Shown: in pieces, positions 24,037 to 37,337 of the stretch
Layout of the letters: every line of letters begins with the position of its first letter
How positions within the stretch are numbered: the stretch's first letter is position 1
Source of the DNA: Octopus vulgaris
Taxonomy: Eukaryota
Length of the DNA: 64,000 bases
NCBI GenBank assembly: GCA_951406725.2
Contig: OX597828.1
Coordinates: 1,054,001 to 1,118,000, forward strand
Reading direction: 5' to 3'
Made by a program: the position numbers and the translations under genes
Notes under the pieces: generated by a model
The model's database searches: none
What the model saw: only the letters and a program-made list of their open reading frames with translations
Told to the model about the DNA's origin: nothing

Positions 24037-25934
24037 GTGCATTAAAACAATTTGTTGCTATTGTTAGTCAATTTGTAACCAGGGTAATTTATTACCATCA
24101 TCCATGTCAAATGTCATTCTTTAATCTGTTTGTTGTATCTGTTTTGGTTTTTAGTTTAAATTGGGTCAATAAGTGCATTAGAAATGTGATAAACAATGAT
24201 TTGGAACAAAAATTGCTTGTAATCTGAAATTTTAATGTCTCAATGCTATTAATAGTTTAGTTGTTATTTTGTGTTCTTGTTATATTTCAAAATAAAGTGG
24301 TTAAAATAAATTTTGGTTAGTTTAGTATTATATAACCATCTATATTCTATACATGTCATTTTACATGCATTTCTTTATTTTGATGTGTTGAGCAAAATGA
24401 AAGCAAAGGACTGAAGAAAAATTTTTGTATTGGGTTGTCAGATAAATTTGTTTTATTTTTTGTACATTTATTTTTATCTTTTCTAATAATGGTTGAATTA
24501 ACATGAAAAATATTTTTACCATAGTATTTTCTGCATTGTTCTTTTTTTTGTAGCTTTGTTCTTCTTCTACAACTTTTCTTTTTTGCTTTTGAAATTTGAA
24601 TAAATTTTACCTCCTTTCATACATATGATGATGGAATGCCAAGTAAAATGAAAAAAAAAATTCTCACACCTTAACATCAACAGAAAGAGAAAGTTTGTAT
24701 ATCCAAGTCACTTCAAGACCCTGTTTAAGCATCATTTAATAACTTGCTGGCATTCTGACTTGGATACAGATGACAAATTGATCAAGCAGCAAATTAACCT
24801 ACAATGAAATATTGCTTCCACATCTGAAATGGTGCAGCTACTACACATACAGACATCCTTGATCGCATCCAAAAGAAGGCTACATGATTGATTGGCACAA
24901 AGTCCTTGCTAATATACAGCAACTGCAGGTTCATAGACACCCCATTTCCACACACAGCCTTTCTTTCTGTTACTACAGTGGCCTTTGCTTCTCAAAACTC
25001 AGTGGTTTTGTGTCACCTCCACCCAGGCCTCATTTGTCTTTCCTTCTAATGTCAGCCATATTGTATTTGCTCACCACTTTATGACTCTCGTGAACCCTTC
25101 TTCCCATTTCCTTATCCAGTTTTCCCAGTTCACTAAAATACCTTCCCTGCCCAATTTTATCTGCAGTTGTTCAAGAGAAATATCAACTGCATCAATCTCA
25201 CTGGTTTTGTCTGAAGAAAGGGGCAGATAAAAAACATCATAACACATAAACCCTCATACTCACATAGTTATTGGGTGTAAAAAGTTCAAAAACATTTTTA
25301 AACATATATTTAGAAAATGGAGACTATATACAAAACTATGAAAAAGATATTTTCCACTAAAATGATGTTTTGATAAGATAAGGTCAGAAAAATCAAAGAG
25401 TTTTTGACAAAGGAATAGTAGGTTACAGGTTGTTTACAGAGTTGCCGCCACTGACAAAAATATGGTGCAAAGGTGGAAGGAGTTTAAAGCAGGAGAGGAG
25501 GGGGAACTAGCATTTAAGAAAAACTACATACAAAAATAAATCATTAACTGCAACCACTAACACAGATCAGCAGTGAGCAGATGAACTGTTTTGTGGACAG
25601 ACAAATCACAATCTGAGAGCTTCCTGCATAACTAGACTGCAGTCATAATGCATTACAAAAGATGATGGAAGACTTTAGGTATAGTTAAGTGCTACCAACT
25701 ATTTTTCCATGCTCAACTGGGTAGGGTGGAATTTATTGAGGCAGAGTTTCTATGGCCAAATGCACTTCCTGTTACCAACACTCATCTCTTTCCAAGTGAT
25801 ATTTCCCCATGGCCAGATGTGTTTATGGAAATCTGGGAATGGAGGACATTATTTGTATGAAGGTGATGATTGTTTAGAACTATCACATGATGCCAAGACA
25901 AGGAGACAGTAACACACATGCATACATATACATG

Positions 25935-25969
<35 letters not shown>

Positions 25970-26023
25970 CTATAAACATGGTGGTTGTCTACTCTTTATG
26001 CAGAGTTTGACCACCTCTTGTAC

Positions 26024-28165
26024 CTACACCTTAGATTCATCATAGCATCTGATGTGGCTTTTTAAACCAGACAATGTATTGAAAAGACACTCACGTAGAT
26101 AGCATATCCAATTTGGACCACCAAGAGCTGCAGTTAGGTTCTGATCTTTGTGTATCTTAAAATGTCTTTTGAGGCCTCCATTAGAACTGCAGACCTTGTG
26201 GCATACACGGCATTGAAAGGTGTGCACAGAGAAATAGGCAGAATAGTTGGTGGAGGTTCATTTTTCATGAGTCCTCAAATGAGATTTGAGCCCAGCAAAA
26301 GAAAGGTATGGTCTCTCACAAACTGTGCACACAAACAGGTCACTGAGATTCACCTTCTTGATCACAACATTCTTCCTTAAATCTCTCTTGAATTTTGCAT
26401 GTGTTATCCTGACCTCCTCAAATGCTTTCACTCCACTCCACACTTTTGTTTGCCATACAGCTCGATCCGAAACAAGGGTTTCTATGGGCTTTGGATCCAT
26501 TCTAAGTGACTTCATGGTAGTCCTTATGCCGTCCTTAAACCTCTTTTTAGGTTTACACTGATTGTCTTTTCCCTCTGCAAACTTGCCATAAAACAGATGT
26601 TTGGGTGTGCGTTCATCCACCATTTGAACAATATGGCCAGACCATTTCATTTCATTTTTCAGAATCATTGATTTAATTGTAGTGATGCCTGCAGATGCAA
26701 AGACATCTGTGTTCGGAGTAAAAAAGCCCCATTTAATGTTTTAAGTTTGGCGAAAGCATTTTTGGTGGAATCATTCTAACAATTTGCAATGTCTTTCATA
26801 TCATGTTCATATTTCAGAAGAATACAACAGGGTTGGTAAGACAAACGACTGATAGAAAGCCAATTTTGTGTTGTTATTTATATGCCATTGGCACCAAACG
26901 CATGATTCCAAACCACCAAATGCTTGTACTGCCCTTTGAATTCACAGATGTATTTCTGTGTATAGATTTCCATCATTTTATACAGTTCTTCCAAGGTAAA
27001 TGAAAGAGTCAACAACCTCAAGTAACTTACCCATAATGAAAATTTTAGTGGGGTTGTAAACAGCACCACATGCCGGCTGAAACAATGCAACTGTTTCTTT
27101 CAAGTTGATGGTCAAGTCAAAGTCATCACAAGCTGTGTCAGATGCAGATACAAGAAATTGCAGGCCCATTTCAGAGTGACTGATTAGATCGCAGTCATCA
27201 GCATTTAAGAGTTCCCTAATGAGTGAAGTAAAAACTTTCATTTTGAATTTCAGTCTGGTCAGATTAAAACATTCCCTGTTGCTCAATATTTTACATACAT
27301 ACCCTCCTTGGAGATTTGAAAAGCATGTGATAGCACAACAGCAAGGTATATTGCTAAGAGGGTGTGTGCATCAAGGTTTCCTTGTTTTACTCCATTTTCC
27401 ACAGCAAAAGATTCAGAAAGCCTACTACCAAAATTAACTCTAGCCTTCATATCTTGATGCAAAGTCTTGATCATGTTCACAAATTTTTCTGGGCAACCTA
27501 TTTTCCTTAGAATTAGCCACAGAGCATTTTCATTAACAGTATCAAATGCCTTGCTTAAATAAAAAAAAAGCAATGGTATAGGGCAAAATTCTGTTCAATG
27601 CATTTTTCCTGAAATTGTCTGACATTAAAGATACAATCAACTGTGTCTCTGGAAGAGCAAAAACCACATTGAGACTCAGACACTATATTTGGAACTATGA
27701 AGGTATTTAAATGTCCTAACAGAATGCAGGCAAGTACCTTTCCAACTACAGACAAAAGTGAAATCCCACAAAAATTACCACACAGATCCTTTGGTCCGAT
27801 TTATACAAGGAGACTAAAATGGCATCAATCCAGTCTTGAGGAACTTCCTCAGTTCTTCAAAAGTGACAAATTAATATATTTAAGAGTTCAAACATTTTGT
27901 CATCCCTGTATTTCAAGACCTCTGCATAGATTCCACCAGACCCTGGAAACTTATTGTTATTCAGCTTATTCACAGCTAAACATATGCCATAACTGGAATG
28001 TTCGAATTTTTCTATCATCCTCATGTCAATGGAAAATGGTCTATTCAAAAGTGCAGTAAAATGTTCTACCCAGTGCTAATGAATATAAGTGGTGTTGGTT
28101 AAAGGCAAATATCCATTTGATGTCCTCACTGGAGCTACTGAAGAAGATTTTGGACCATATACCGA
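26024..28165 (-). mobile_element. RTE/BovB-like LINE, RT plus C-terminal C2H2 array (decayed)
   Basis: ESQCGF, QEKCIEQN, LSKAFDTVN, GVKQG, LLNADD, FIYLG, WSGH, then three CX2CX12HX3H-like fingers. Confidence 0.88.
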
Positions 28166-28639
28166 TGTAAATATTGGCAAAAACACACCTTTAGTTCATA
28201 TACGTAATCTCTATCCTTATATATAATTTAAACATTAATTTTCTTCTATATTTAACATTCACTAAAAATATCCTTCCTCTTTCTATAGGATACTTCTGAC
28301 GTTATATCATATAACGTTTTTTCAAACACTATTAATAGCGTTCACTAAATCACTATACATATCCATAATTTTCTGTTAAAATGTCTTATTGACGAGTTTT
28401 GTTTTTCCACTTCCCTGAAGAGAAGATTGCATTGTTTTATACCATTTATTCTTCTGAATAATATCAGTGAAATCTTCGAAACATGTGTCGAAAGTAAAAA
28501 TATTTGATTTATACCTGCGTTAAAATCCATCCACCCACCCACCCATCCATCCATATATATATATATATATATATCACCACTGCATCCTTGTTACACGAGA
28601 AAAGCCATTGCCAAGAAGACTTACTGAAAGGATTCATGT

Positions 28640-29545
28640 CTGTTGCCATGTGATGCCCTTATATGACTTTTAAACCCGGCCAACCTTTAAAACACATGAG
28701 AAACAGGTGCCACCATATGCACTCTCTTAACCTGTCTTTTTAAACCTCCAACTGAGAGGCACACTTTTCCACATTTTACACATGTTCTGTTATGAATTTT
28801 AATATCTACATCATTGTTTATCATGGGTCAATCTCTATGAGAATTTTGATGGCTCACCAGGTATGCATGGCTCAAATACCTCTGCCCACTAACCAAACAC
28901 ATAAAAAGCAACACTCTCTCACTTTCCACAGGTTCCCCACTTTTAAGCCCCTTCCTAATTCTCTCATACTTCACTCTCTCCCTCTCAAACCTTGAACAAC
29001 CATCATGCACTATCTTTCTCCATCCATCATGGTCTTGTGTCTCCCTCTCCCAATTACCAAGCTGCAATTCCTTTCTGTATTAGAGCATTTTTAAGGCAAT
29101 CCATAAACCTTAGTTTAGGCTTATGCGCTGGTCTCCTACCATCTTCCAACTCACTGTACAATAGCTGTTTGGGCAGTCACTCATCACTCATCCTTACCAA
29201 ATGTCCCCCCACACACACACACACACACACACCTCAAACGTCTTTGCAAAATCATTGATTCTATACTTCTACAGTCACTCCTTTCAAGCACCTCCACATT
29301 ACTAATGGCCATATTCCAGTTTATCCCCCCAATTTTTCTCAGACAGTATTGATGAAATCATTTACATTGCCTTACCTTCCTACAGTAAACAACTCATGCC
29401 TCACTTCCATGTGGCAAAGATGAGAGGACACTTGTGTTATATACCTTCACTTTAGTTTGTGAAGATATATTATGTTGTTTCCACAGACACCAATCAAGAC
29501 TACCAAAAGCACTACTAATCCTGCTGATTTTATGCTCGCCAGGCA
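28640..29545 (-). mobile_element. Second BovB-like RTE 3' end with zinc-finger remnants
   Basis: SSAFGSL, TKVKVYN, GHLVRM, PKQLLYSEL, WRKIVHDG, MCLVSGQRYLSHAYLVSHQNSH. Confidence 0.75.
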
Positions 29546-29570
29546 TCTATGAATATATGTATACATATAT

Positions 29571-32205
29571 GGTCAGAGATTTAGGGACATCCTCATCAAG
29601 AAATTTGATGAGAGGGAGGAGGAGCTACAGACGTTGGACATAGAAGGGAGCTGGAAATTCCTACAGGACAGCTTGCTGAGTATCACAGACCAAGTCTGTG
29701 GATGGTGCAAAGCCTCTTCCAGACCTAGAGTTACGTGGTGGTGGAATAGTACAATAGACAAAGCCATTAGAGCAAAGAAACAGGCCTGGAAAGCCTGGAG
29801 GGATGGGAGTAGCAGGGAACTGTACCAGGTAGCCAAAAGGGAGGCTGGGCAGCAGGTATACAAAGCCAAGGGTGAAGCAGAAAAGAAGAAGACTGCTAAT
29901 GTCCAGCGATGTGAGGACCAAAGAACTGAGGTATTTCGAATTGCAAGACAGTGTGTGAGAGAAAATTGTGATGTCACAGAAGAGAAATGTGTCCGCATGG
30001 ATGATGGTGCACTTGCTTTCAATGTTTCTGAAAAGAAAGAGGCTTGGAGAAGCCATTATGAGAGACTGCTGAATGTGGAGAATGAATGGGAGGAGGAGAG
30101 CCTGCCAAATGTTGACCCAGTAGAGGGACCAGCTATCCGAATAGACAGCTCCCTAGTAGTTAAAGCAATTAAGGGTATGAAGCCAGGAAAAGCCCCCGGC
30201 CCATCAGGAATCACTGCTGAGATGCTTAAAGCATCTGGTGGTGTGGGCTATGGCCTAGTCACCCGCATTGTAAACCAGGTAGTTCATGATGGAGTCATAC
30301 CCAATGACTGGCGTAGCAGCACCATAGTCAACTGCTACAAGGGTAAAGGTGATGCTCTAGATAGAAATAACTACAGGGGTATTAAACTGTTGGATCAGGT
30401 GATGAAGGTCACAGAGAGGGTCATAGCCCATCTCATTAGGGAGAGAGTCTGCTTAGATGAGATGCAGTTTGGTTTTGTGCCGGGTAGAAGCACCACTGAT
30501 GCCCTATTCCTGGTTCAAAACTGCAGGAGAAATACCTAGCTAAAGATAAACCCCTATACTTAGCTTTTGTGGACTTGGAGAAAGCCTTTGACAGAGTCCC
30601 CCAATCCCTTATCTGGTGGGCGATGCAAAAACTGGAGATTGATAAATGGTTAATAAGGGCTGTACGGGCCCTATACAGAGAGGCCGTTAGTAAGGTTAGG
30701 ATTGGCAACGAGTATAGTGAAGAATTCCGGGTAGAAGTAGGGGTCCACCAAGGTTCAGCCCTCAGTCCCCTTTTATTCATCATAGTCCTCCAGGCAATAA
30801 CAGAGGAATTCAAGATGGGTTGCCCCTGGGAGCTCCTCTATGCTGATGACCTGGCCCTCATAGCAGAATCACTACAGAACTAGAAAAGAAATTTCAGGTG
30901 TGGAAGCTAGGTTTAGAATCAAAAGGCCTTAGAGTCAATGTAGCAATGACCAAAGTTCTAGTAAGTAGGAAGGCAAACACACCACACACCCCTTCAGATA
31001 GGTGGCCCTGCTCGATCTGTAGAAAAGGTGTAGATAGAAACTCCATAAGATGTACCCAGTGTAAACTATGGACACGTAAGAGGTGCAGCACCATCAAAGG
31101 AAAATTAACCGAGAAGATAGCTTTCGTGTGCGGCAGATGCACAGGTGCAATAGACACCATTGATACTCAGAAAACAGATTCCATTACACTCCTGGGGGAG
31201 AAACTAGAAGTAGTTGATAGTTTCCGCTACCTAGGTGACCAAGTTAGTAGTGGGGGTGGATGCTCAGAGAGTGTTACCACTAGAATAAGAATAGCCTGGG
31301 CAAAGTTTACAAAGCTTCTACCCCTATTGGTGACAAAGGGTCTCTTGCTCAGAGTGAAAGGTAGATTTTACGATGCATGTATGCAAACTGCCATGCTTCA
31401 CAGCAGTGAAACATGGGCCGTGACCGTGGAGGACATGTGTAGGCTCAAAAGAATTGAAGCTAGCATGATCCGCTGGATGTGTAATGTCAGTGTGCACATA
31501 TGACAGAGTGTAAGCACCCTGAGAGACATGTTGGACATAAAAAGCATTAGATGTGGCATGCAAGAGAGACGTTTACTACAGATGGATGAGGAGAGATGTG
31601 TGAAGAAGTGCCACTCCCAAACAGTTGAAGGAATCTGGAGTAGAGGTAGACCCAGGAAGACATGGGATGAGGTGGTCAAATATTTCCTTCAAATGTTGGG
31701 CCTCACAGAGGCAATGACGAAAGACTGAGACCCCTGGATATATGCTGCGACTGCGAAGACCTGGCAAATAAAGTGAGTTCACGGCTGTATCCTACACCAG
31801 TTTCTCATAACCAGCCCCAGCCCATTCAAAAGTACCTTGGATTGTAGGGCGACTTGCTGTGCTTACCTTGGATCATAGGGCGAACTGCTGTGCTTGAGGA
31901 GACCTATTGAGTCAAGTACATCAACATCAAAATAAAAATCAAATGGAAATTGTAGTTGTGATACCTTTGCCGGTGGCACATAAAAAGCACCATCCAAACA
32001 TGGCCAATGCCAGCGCTGCCCTGGCTGACTTCTGTGCCAGTGGCACGTAAAAAGCACCCACTACACTCACGGAGTGGTTGGCGTTAGGAAGGGTATCCAG
32101 CTCAAACTGGAGCCTGGTGCAGCCTCCTGGCTTCCCAGACCCCAGTCAAACCGTCCAACCGGTGCTATCATGGAAAACAGATAGTTAAACGATGATGATG
32201 ATGAC
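29571..32205 (+). mobile_element. 5'-truncated RTE LINE (PHD-containing family) with (GAT)n tail
   Basis: KAPGPSG, YKGKGD, NYRGIKLL, DLEKAFD, GVHQGS, LLYADD; few frameshifts; tail gatgatgatgatg near 32191. Confidence 0.95.
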
Positions 32206-32256
<51 letters not shown>

Positions 32257-32284
32257 TATGTGTGTGTGTGTGTGTGTGTGTTGT

Positions 32285-33870
32285 CTGAGATGCCAGCAAG
32301 TTTGTTATCACAGATTGGTTGAAATGAGGTTAAATTGTAGTTATTCCTCAGCTTTGTCACATCCACTTTTTGAATTGGTCAAGTGCAATTGTTACGAATA
32401 AGACTGCAGATAGTAAAATTCACCTTTGATTGTATCAATCTATGGTCAGAACAATACTCCTCAATGGAGAAAGGACATGTTACTTGGACACCTTCCCTCA
32501 TGGAAGACTTCACAATTATGTAATCAATGAGGTAATAATGGATGGATTGGGGATGCTTCCAAGTAGTCTTGTGGTGGTTGGGGAGTTGGAAAATAGTATA
32601 GATAAGTGATAGCAGCAGATAGCCATTTGCGTTTGCTTTGCCAACCCCATGCTTCCCTATTACATCACCCCATATGAATGAATCACAAACTATGCGTGCA
32701 TTGAAATCACTAAGCAGATGAAATTCACCAGTGATGGGACACCTCTCAACTAGCAACATAGTTCAAAGCAGAACTGCTCTTTGACTACTTTGTTTGAGTT
32801 CATGGTTGGAGCATAGCAACGGAAAATAGTTGCATATTTATTTTTACTAAAGCAGATACGCAATGAGCCTTTCACTAATGCTAACTGGCAGAGATGCAAG
32901 ACATTTCACCAGGTCATTCTTAATAGCAAACCCAACACCTACCACTTTCTTTACTTCCTGAGGCTTACCCATCCAGAAAAAAGTGTATCCACGATCCACT
33001 TCTTGTAACTGACCACAGTCCACTAGTCTGGTCTCTGAAAGAGCTGCTATTCCAATATTTTTTTTACTTTTTTTCAAGACACAGCAACCAAAGCAGTCCT
33101 ACATTCTATGTTTTTCTTGCTCTTCTGAAAAGTTCACACATTCCAAGATGCAATGAAAAAGTATTCTGTTCTCAATTTGCTTAATCTTCTGGTACGGGTT
33201 TGGATACCCAGTCATTTGCACCTAATGACAAGGAGCATATGCAAGTAAGCAATTTTTAGGTCATATTTTCTTCACCCCCTCTTCCACAGGAGGAAAGAAG
33301 TGCCATCCTAAATAGGGTTGCTTTGTTGTGAAAGGAAAACATGAATTACATAATTACTTGTAGATGTTGTGTAAAACAGCCATCTACCTTTCACCACCTA
33401 TGTGCGAAGTTCAAGCTCAGAACTTCCAGTGATATCCTTCACTTGTTCCCACTGCTATCCCTTCTGTCATAGGATTTTTTGTTGGGGAGGTGGGGCACAA
33501 AACATGTTGGTGATATTTGCTGATGGTATTTTACTGAACCATCTGCACATGGTTTTGTTAACAGTGGTCATTGCTTGTGCAGCACAATGCACACTCTCTC
33601 AATCAAACAAGCATTTTATTGTACTGGTGCACGGTGTGCCACGTGTCAGATGCTAGATTGATCACAGATTTGAGATCAGGGTGGCCTTCTCCTAATCTAG
33701 TTGCTTTAAAGCTACAGAGCCCAGACTGCCCAATGAATAAGTAGATGTCGATAGTGAACACCAGCTAAAGGGACTGTCAGCAACCACAAACCTGGTTTTG
33801 TATCAGAGTATTCCTTCTCGCAGATGGGCTGCCGTCACCACAGCTAAGGAGCCCCACCTGCCCCATACAT
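32285..33870 (-). mobile_element. 5' part (5'UTR and AP endonuclease) of a BovB-like RTE, possibly the same element as 26024-28165
   Basis: SWNV, IAALSETRL, GYTFFWMG, GVGFAIKN, YAPT, DFNAR, TTWKHP, IDYII, SDHRL. Confidence 0.8.
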
Positions 33871-34138
33871 ATATACACATAGAAAGAGTAAAAAATACGA
33901 GACTTAAGAATATCAATAAGATATATAAAAACAATATATACATATGTATATATATACACATACACACACACACATCTGATGATATGAGGTTCTTGAAGGA
34001 ACCCACCCAATGAAATTGGGTTCTGGGAGCACTGTGTATTCCACCCACACGTAACAATAAAGCTTTTCATACACCCTACCCCAAGAAACCAAATTACAAT
34101 TCCTTCCCTCTTTCTCACTTTCCATTTTTCATGCTTTA

Positions 34139-36350
34139 TCATCATCATCATCATCATCATTATCATCTGATGTCCATTTTCCGTACTGGCATGGGTTGGA
34201 CAGTTTGACAGCAGCTGGCTAAGCAGAAGACTGCACTGGGCTTCACTGTCTGTTTTGGCAGGATTTTTATGACTGTATACCCTTCCTAACACACACCACC
34301 TAACAGAGTGGACTGGGTGATTTTTACGTGGTACCAGCACCGTTGAGGTTTGTTTTGACACAGTTTTAACAGTTGGATGCCTTTACAAATGCCAACCACT
34401 TTACAGTGTGGACTGGGTGCACCAGCACTGGCAGGGTCACCAACTAACTTGCAAGACAAAGATCCTTTGAGAGTGGTGGGGGGACATTAGAGGTGGTGGC
34501 TTTGTGCCAGGTGATGAGAGGATAGAGTGTGACAGAGGAATAGAAAAAGGCGTCTTGCAGTAGAGGAGATACATGGTTGCCCAGCCAGTGGGAGAGACCA
34601 AAAGTGAGTGAGTGAGTGTGAGAGAGAGAGAGAGAGAATGATAAGAATGAGAGTGGAAGTGAACAAAAGGAAGAAAGTGCAAAAGAGAGCAGGAGAAAGA
34701 TGGTGGTGAAGTGCCAGGGCAAACCATCAAGGTAGGGGGATCAGAATATAAATGGGGTGATAGAGTATTGCCAAAGGTGCATGAGTAGGGAGCAGGGACT
34801 TCACATGTATGCAAATAGTATGGGAGTGGTGAATGCAGTGACAGGTGAAATGTAGGTATATAAGGAAGGTGGGGTTCAAAAGGATAGCAATGATATAGTG
34901 AGCGGGGCAGTGAGAACAGGATTAGGGAGTGAAATATCAGCATAGACATGATGCATGAAAAAGAGGAAATGTGAGGAAGAGATGTAGTTTGGTTTGTTGG
35001 GGTAGGGTGTGAAAAATAAAAAAAAATCTTTTGTTGTTACAAATGAGTGGAACACAGTACTCTCAGAACTCAGTCTTACTGAGGTAGGCAGGTCTTCTCA
35101 AGAACCTCATATCACTAGACATCACAGTCCATTATCATCTCCTCCATGAGGCCCAACATCCTGAGATCGGTCCTCATCCTATGTCTTCCTGAGTTTCCCT
35201 CTTCTACAGGTGCCATCAACTGTCAGTGATCAGCACTTCTTCATACAGCTGTCTACATTCATATGCATCACATGTCCAAACCAACATAGTCTTCTCCTTT
35301 CCTTACAGCATCTGATTCCTCTTATGCCCATTTTTTTCTCTCAGCACATTTGCACTTTGTCATACATACACACTAATGTTGCACATTCAGCAGAGCAAAC
35401 TAACTTCATTCCTCTCCAGTCTATACATGTCTTCTGCATTCAGAGCCCATATCTCACTACCATTTGTACACAAGCATCATACAATCTGCCTTTCACTCAG
35501 AGAGAGAGAGTCCTTTTGTTGCCAACAGAGGTAATAGTTCTCTGAACTTCCTCCATTCTATTCTTATTCTAAAACAATACTTTCAGAACATCCTCAACCA
35601 TTGCTAATTTGGTCACCTAGGTAATCGAAACTATTTGCAACCTCAAGAGAGCTGCCTGGACATTTGAGAGAGTCTAATTCTCATGTGTCCTATGTGCGTA
35701 TTGTTCTTGTACGTCTACACACAAAGATGACATTTTCTTCAATTCCATGCACCTCTTATACATCTATAGATTACACTGGGTGCAGTGAATAGAATTACTT
35801 CCAACTCCTTTCCTACATATTGAGCAAGGCCATTTACCTGACGGAAAGAGAGTCTTGTCTACTTTCTTGCTAATAACAACTTTGGTCTTCACTGGTGATA
35901 TGTGAGTATATAGGGGAGGCCCTTTGATTCCAGGTTTTGCTTCCATACTTGAAATTTCTTTCCCAATTCTGTTTCAGATTCTGCAATAAGAGAAAGGTCA
36001 TCATAATATAGTAGTTCCCATGAGCAGCCTATGTTGAATTACTCTGTTATAGTCTGGAGGATTATGATAAGAGTAGAACTGAGAACTAAGCCCTGGTGAA
36101 CCCCTACATGTACACTAAATTCATCACTGTATTCATGGTCAACTCTCACCCTACTGATAGCACTGTTGTACATGGCTTGTACAGCTCTAACAAGCCACTT
36201 CTCTACTCCTAACTTCCTTAGAGAACACCAGATAACAGAGCAAGGAACTATGTCAAAAGCTTTTTCTAGGTTGACAAAAGTCACATACAATGGCTTACTT
36301 TTGGCCATATAATTCTCTTGAAGTTGTCTCACTAGGAAGATGGCATCTGT
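34139..36350 (-). mobile_element. Older RTE LINE with long 3'UTR and (GAT)n tail
   Basis: RQLQENYMAK..NLEKAFD, GVHQG, WPCSICRKGVG; (CAT)n at ~34139-34165. Confidence 0.85.
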
Positions 36351-36648
36351 GGGACGAAGTTAAAATAATAGACAGAGAACACCACTGGAAAATATGAAAA
36401 CTAAAAGCAGCAGCACATATGCTAGGACATGACAACCTCCTAAGCAGACCGAATGCAGATATGAACAGCATATGGGAACCGGTATTAGGGAAGGATAGGA
36501 AAATATTAGATTTATAAGCCCTAAAATTCACTCCATAATTGCCCACAGGCATGTGGCGTAGTGGTTAAGAGCGCAGGCTACTAACCCCAAGATTCCAAGT
36601 TCGATTCCAGACCTGAATAATAATAATAATAATAATCGAAAAATACCT
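36347..36648 (+). mobile_element. Penelope-like element 3' end: GIY-YIG C-terminus followed by a tRNA-like A/B-box module
   Basis: LWDEVKIIDREHHWKI*KLKAAAHMLGHDNLLSRPNADMNSIWEPVLGKDRKILDL* (stop 36515-36517), A-box TGGCGTAGTGG 36554-36564, B-box GTTCGATTC 36599-36607, (AAT)n, cgaaaaatacc as in the 18000-18066 arm. Confidence 0.72.
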
Positions 36649-36744
36649 GCTCCAGCATGGCCATAGTCACATGACTGAAACAAGTAAAACAATTAAAAAC
36701 TAAGCTGTTATAATCCCGAGCAACACCAGGTATCTCAGCTAGTT

Positions 36745-37337
36745 TTGTTAATATACAGGAATGCATATTAGCATCTTTTCTTGCAGTTAACCTTTGAACA
36801 AAATTTGGACATTTGAATAAATCTGGGGTTAATTCAATTAATTTGAATTTTTTACACTCTCTGTTAATGACCCCAGCATAAGAGATAAAATCTTCATTTT
36901 CTTTTTTAACTAAATTTAAACTGTGCCAATGAGTATTGAACAGGGAACTTCTCTTACTGAAAATTCTCGATAATAAATTGTTTCATCAAAACAAGTCTCA
37001 CCTGTTTCTTTGGCAGAATATAATTACAGCATTTTTCATGTTCAGTGGGAGATAACTTCCTTATAAGTAGTTCCACCTTCTTCTTGTCATTCCAATTTTT
37101 ACATTCTTCTTTGAAAATTTCTTCATATCTCCTAAAATATGCAGAAAAAGTAGTACCTTCTTCCAGGTTATAAATAAATTCTCCAATTGAGTTAGCTACG
37201 CCGTCTGATGAGAACACACCTGAAGTATTTTCAGACTTCTTCAACATTACTTCCAGTAACTGTTGGCATTGTGGTTGTTGTTGTAACTGCTACTGTTGTT
37301 GCTGTTGCAACTGCACCACGCAAGCCAATAAGTTACT
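36745..37337 (-). pseudogene. Mag-type gag fragment
   Basis: FSSDGVANSIGEFIYNLEEGTTFSAYFRRYEEIF, homologous to 2935-3180. Confidence 0.85.

Noticed and set aside
24690-25230. Very degraded LINE 3' region
   Set aside because: Only a faint ILDRIQKKA-like motif; boundaries and clade cannot be supported.
26024-26668. Host C2H2 zinc-finger gene
   Set aside because: Fingers are contiguous and in frame with RTE C-terminal motifs (WSGH, PKHLFYG) and lack TGEKP linkers.
33970-34040. CTGATGA...GAAA spacing suggesting another hammerhead
   Set aside because: No closing pair for stem II and no credible stems I or III; single copy.
36548-36612. Possible tRNA gene (also the SINE heads at ~2345, 10860, 17167, 55709)
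   Set aside because: A/B boxes are present but there is no convincing acceptor stem or full cloverleaf, and each is followed by a repeat body; treated as tRNA-derived heads.
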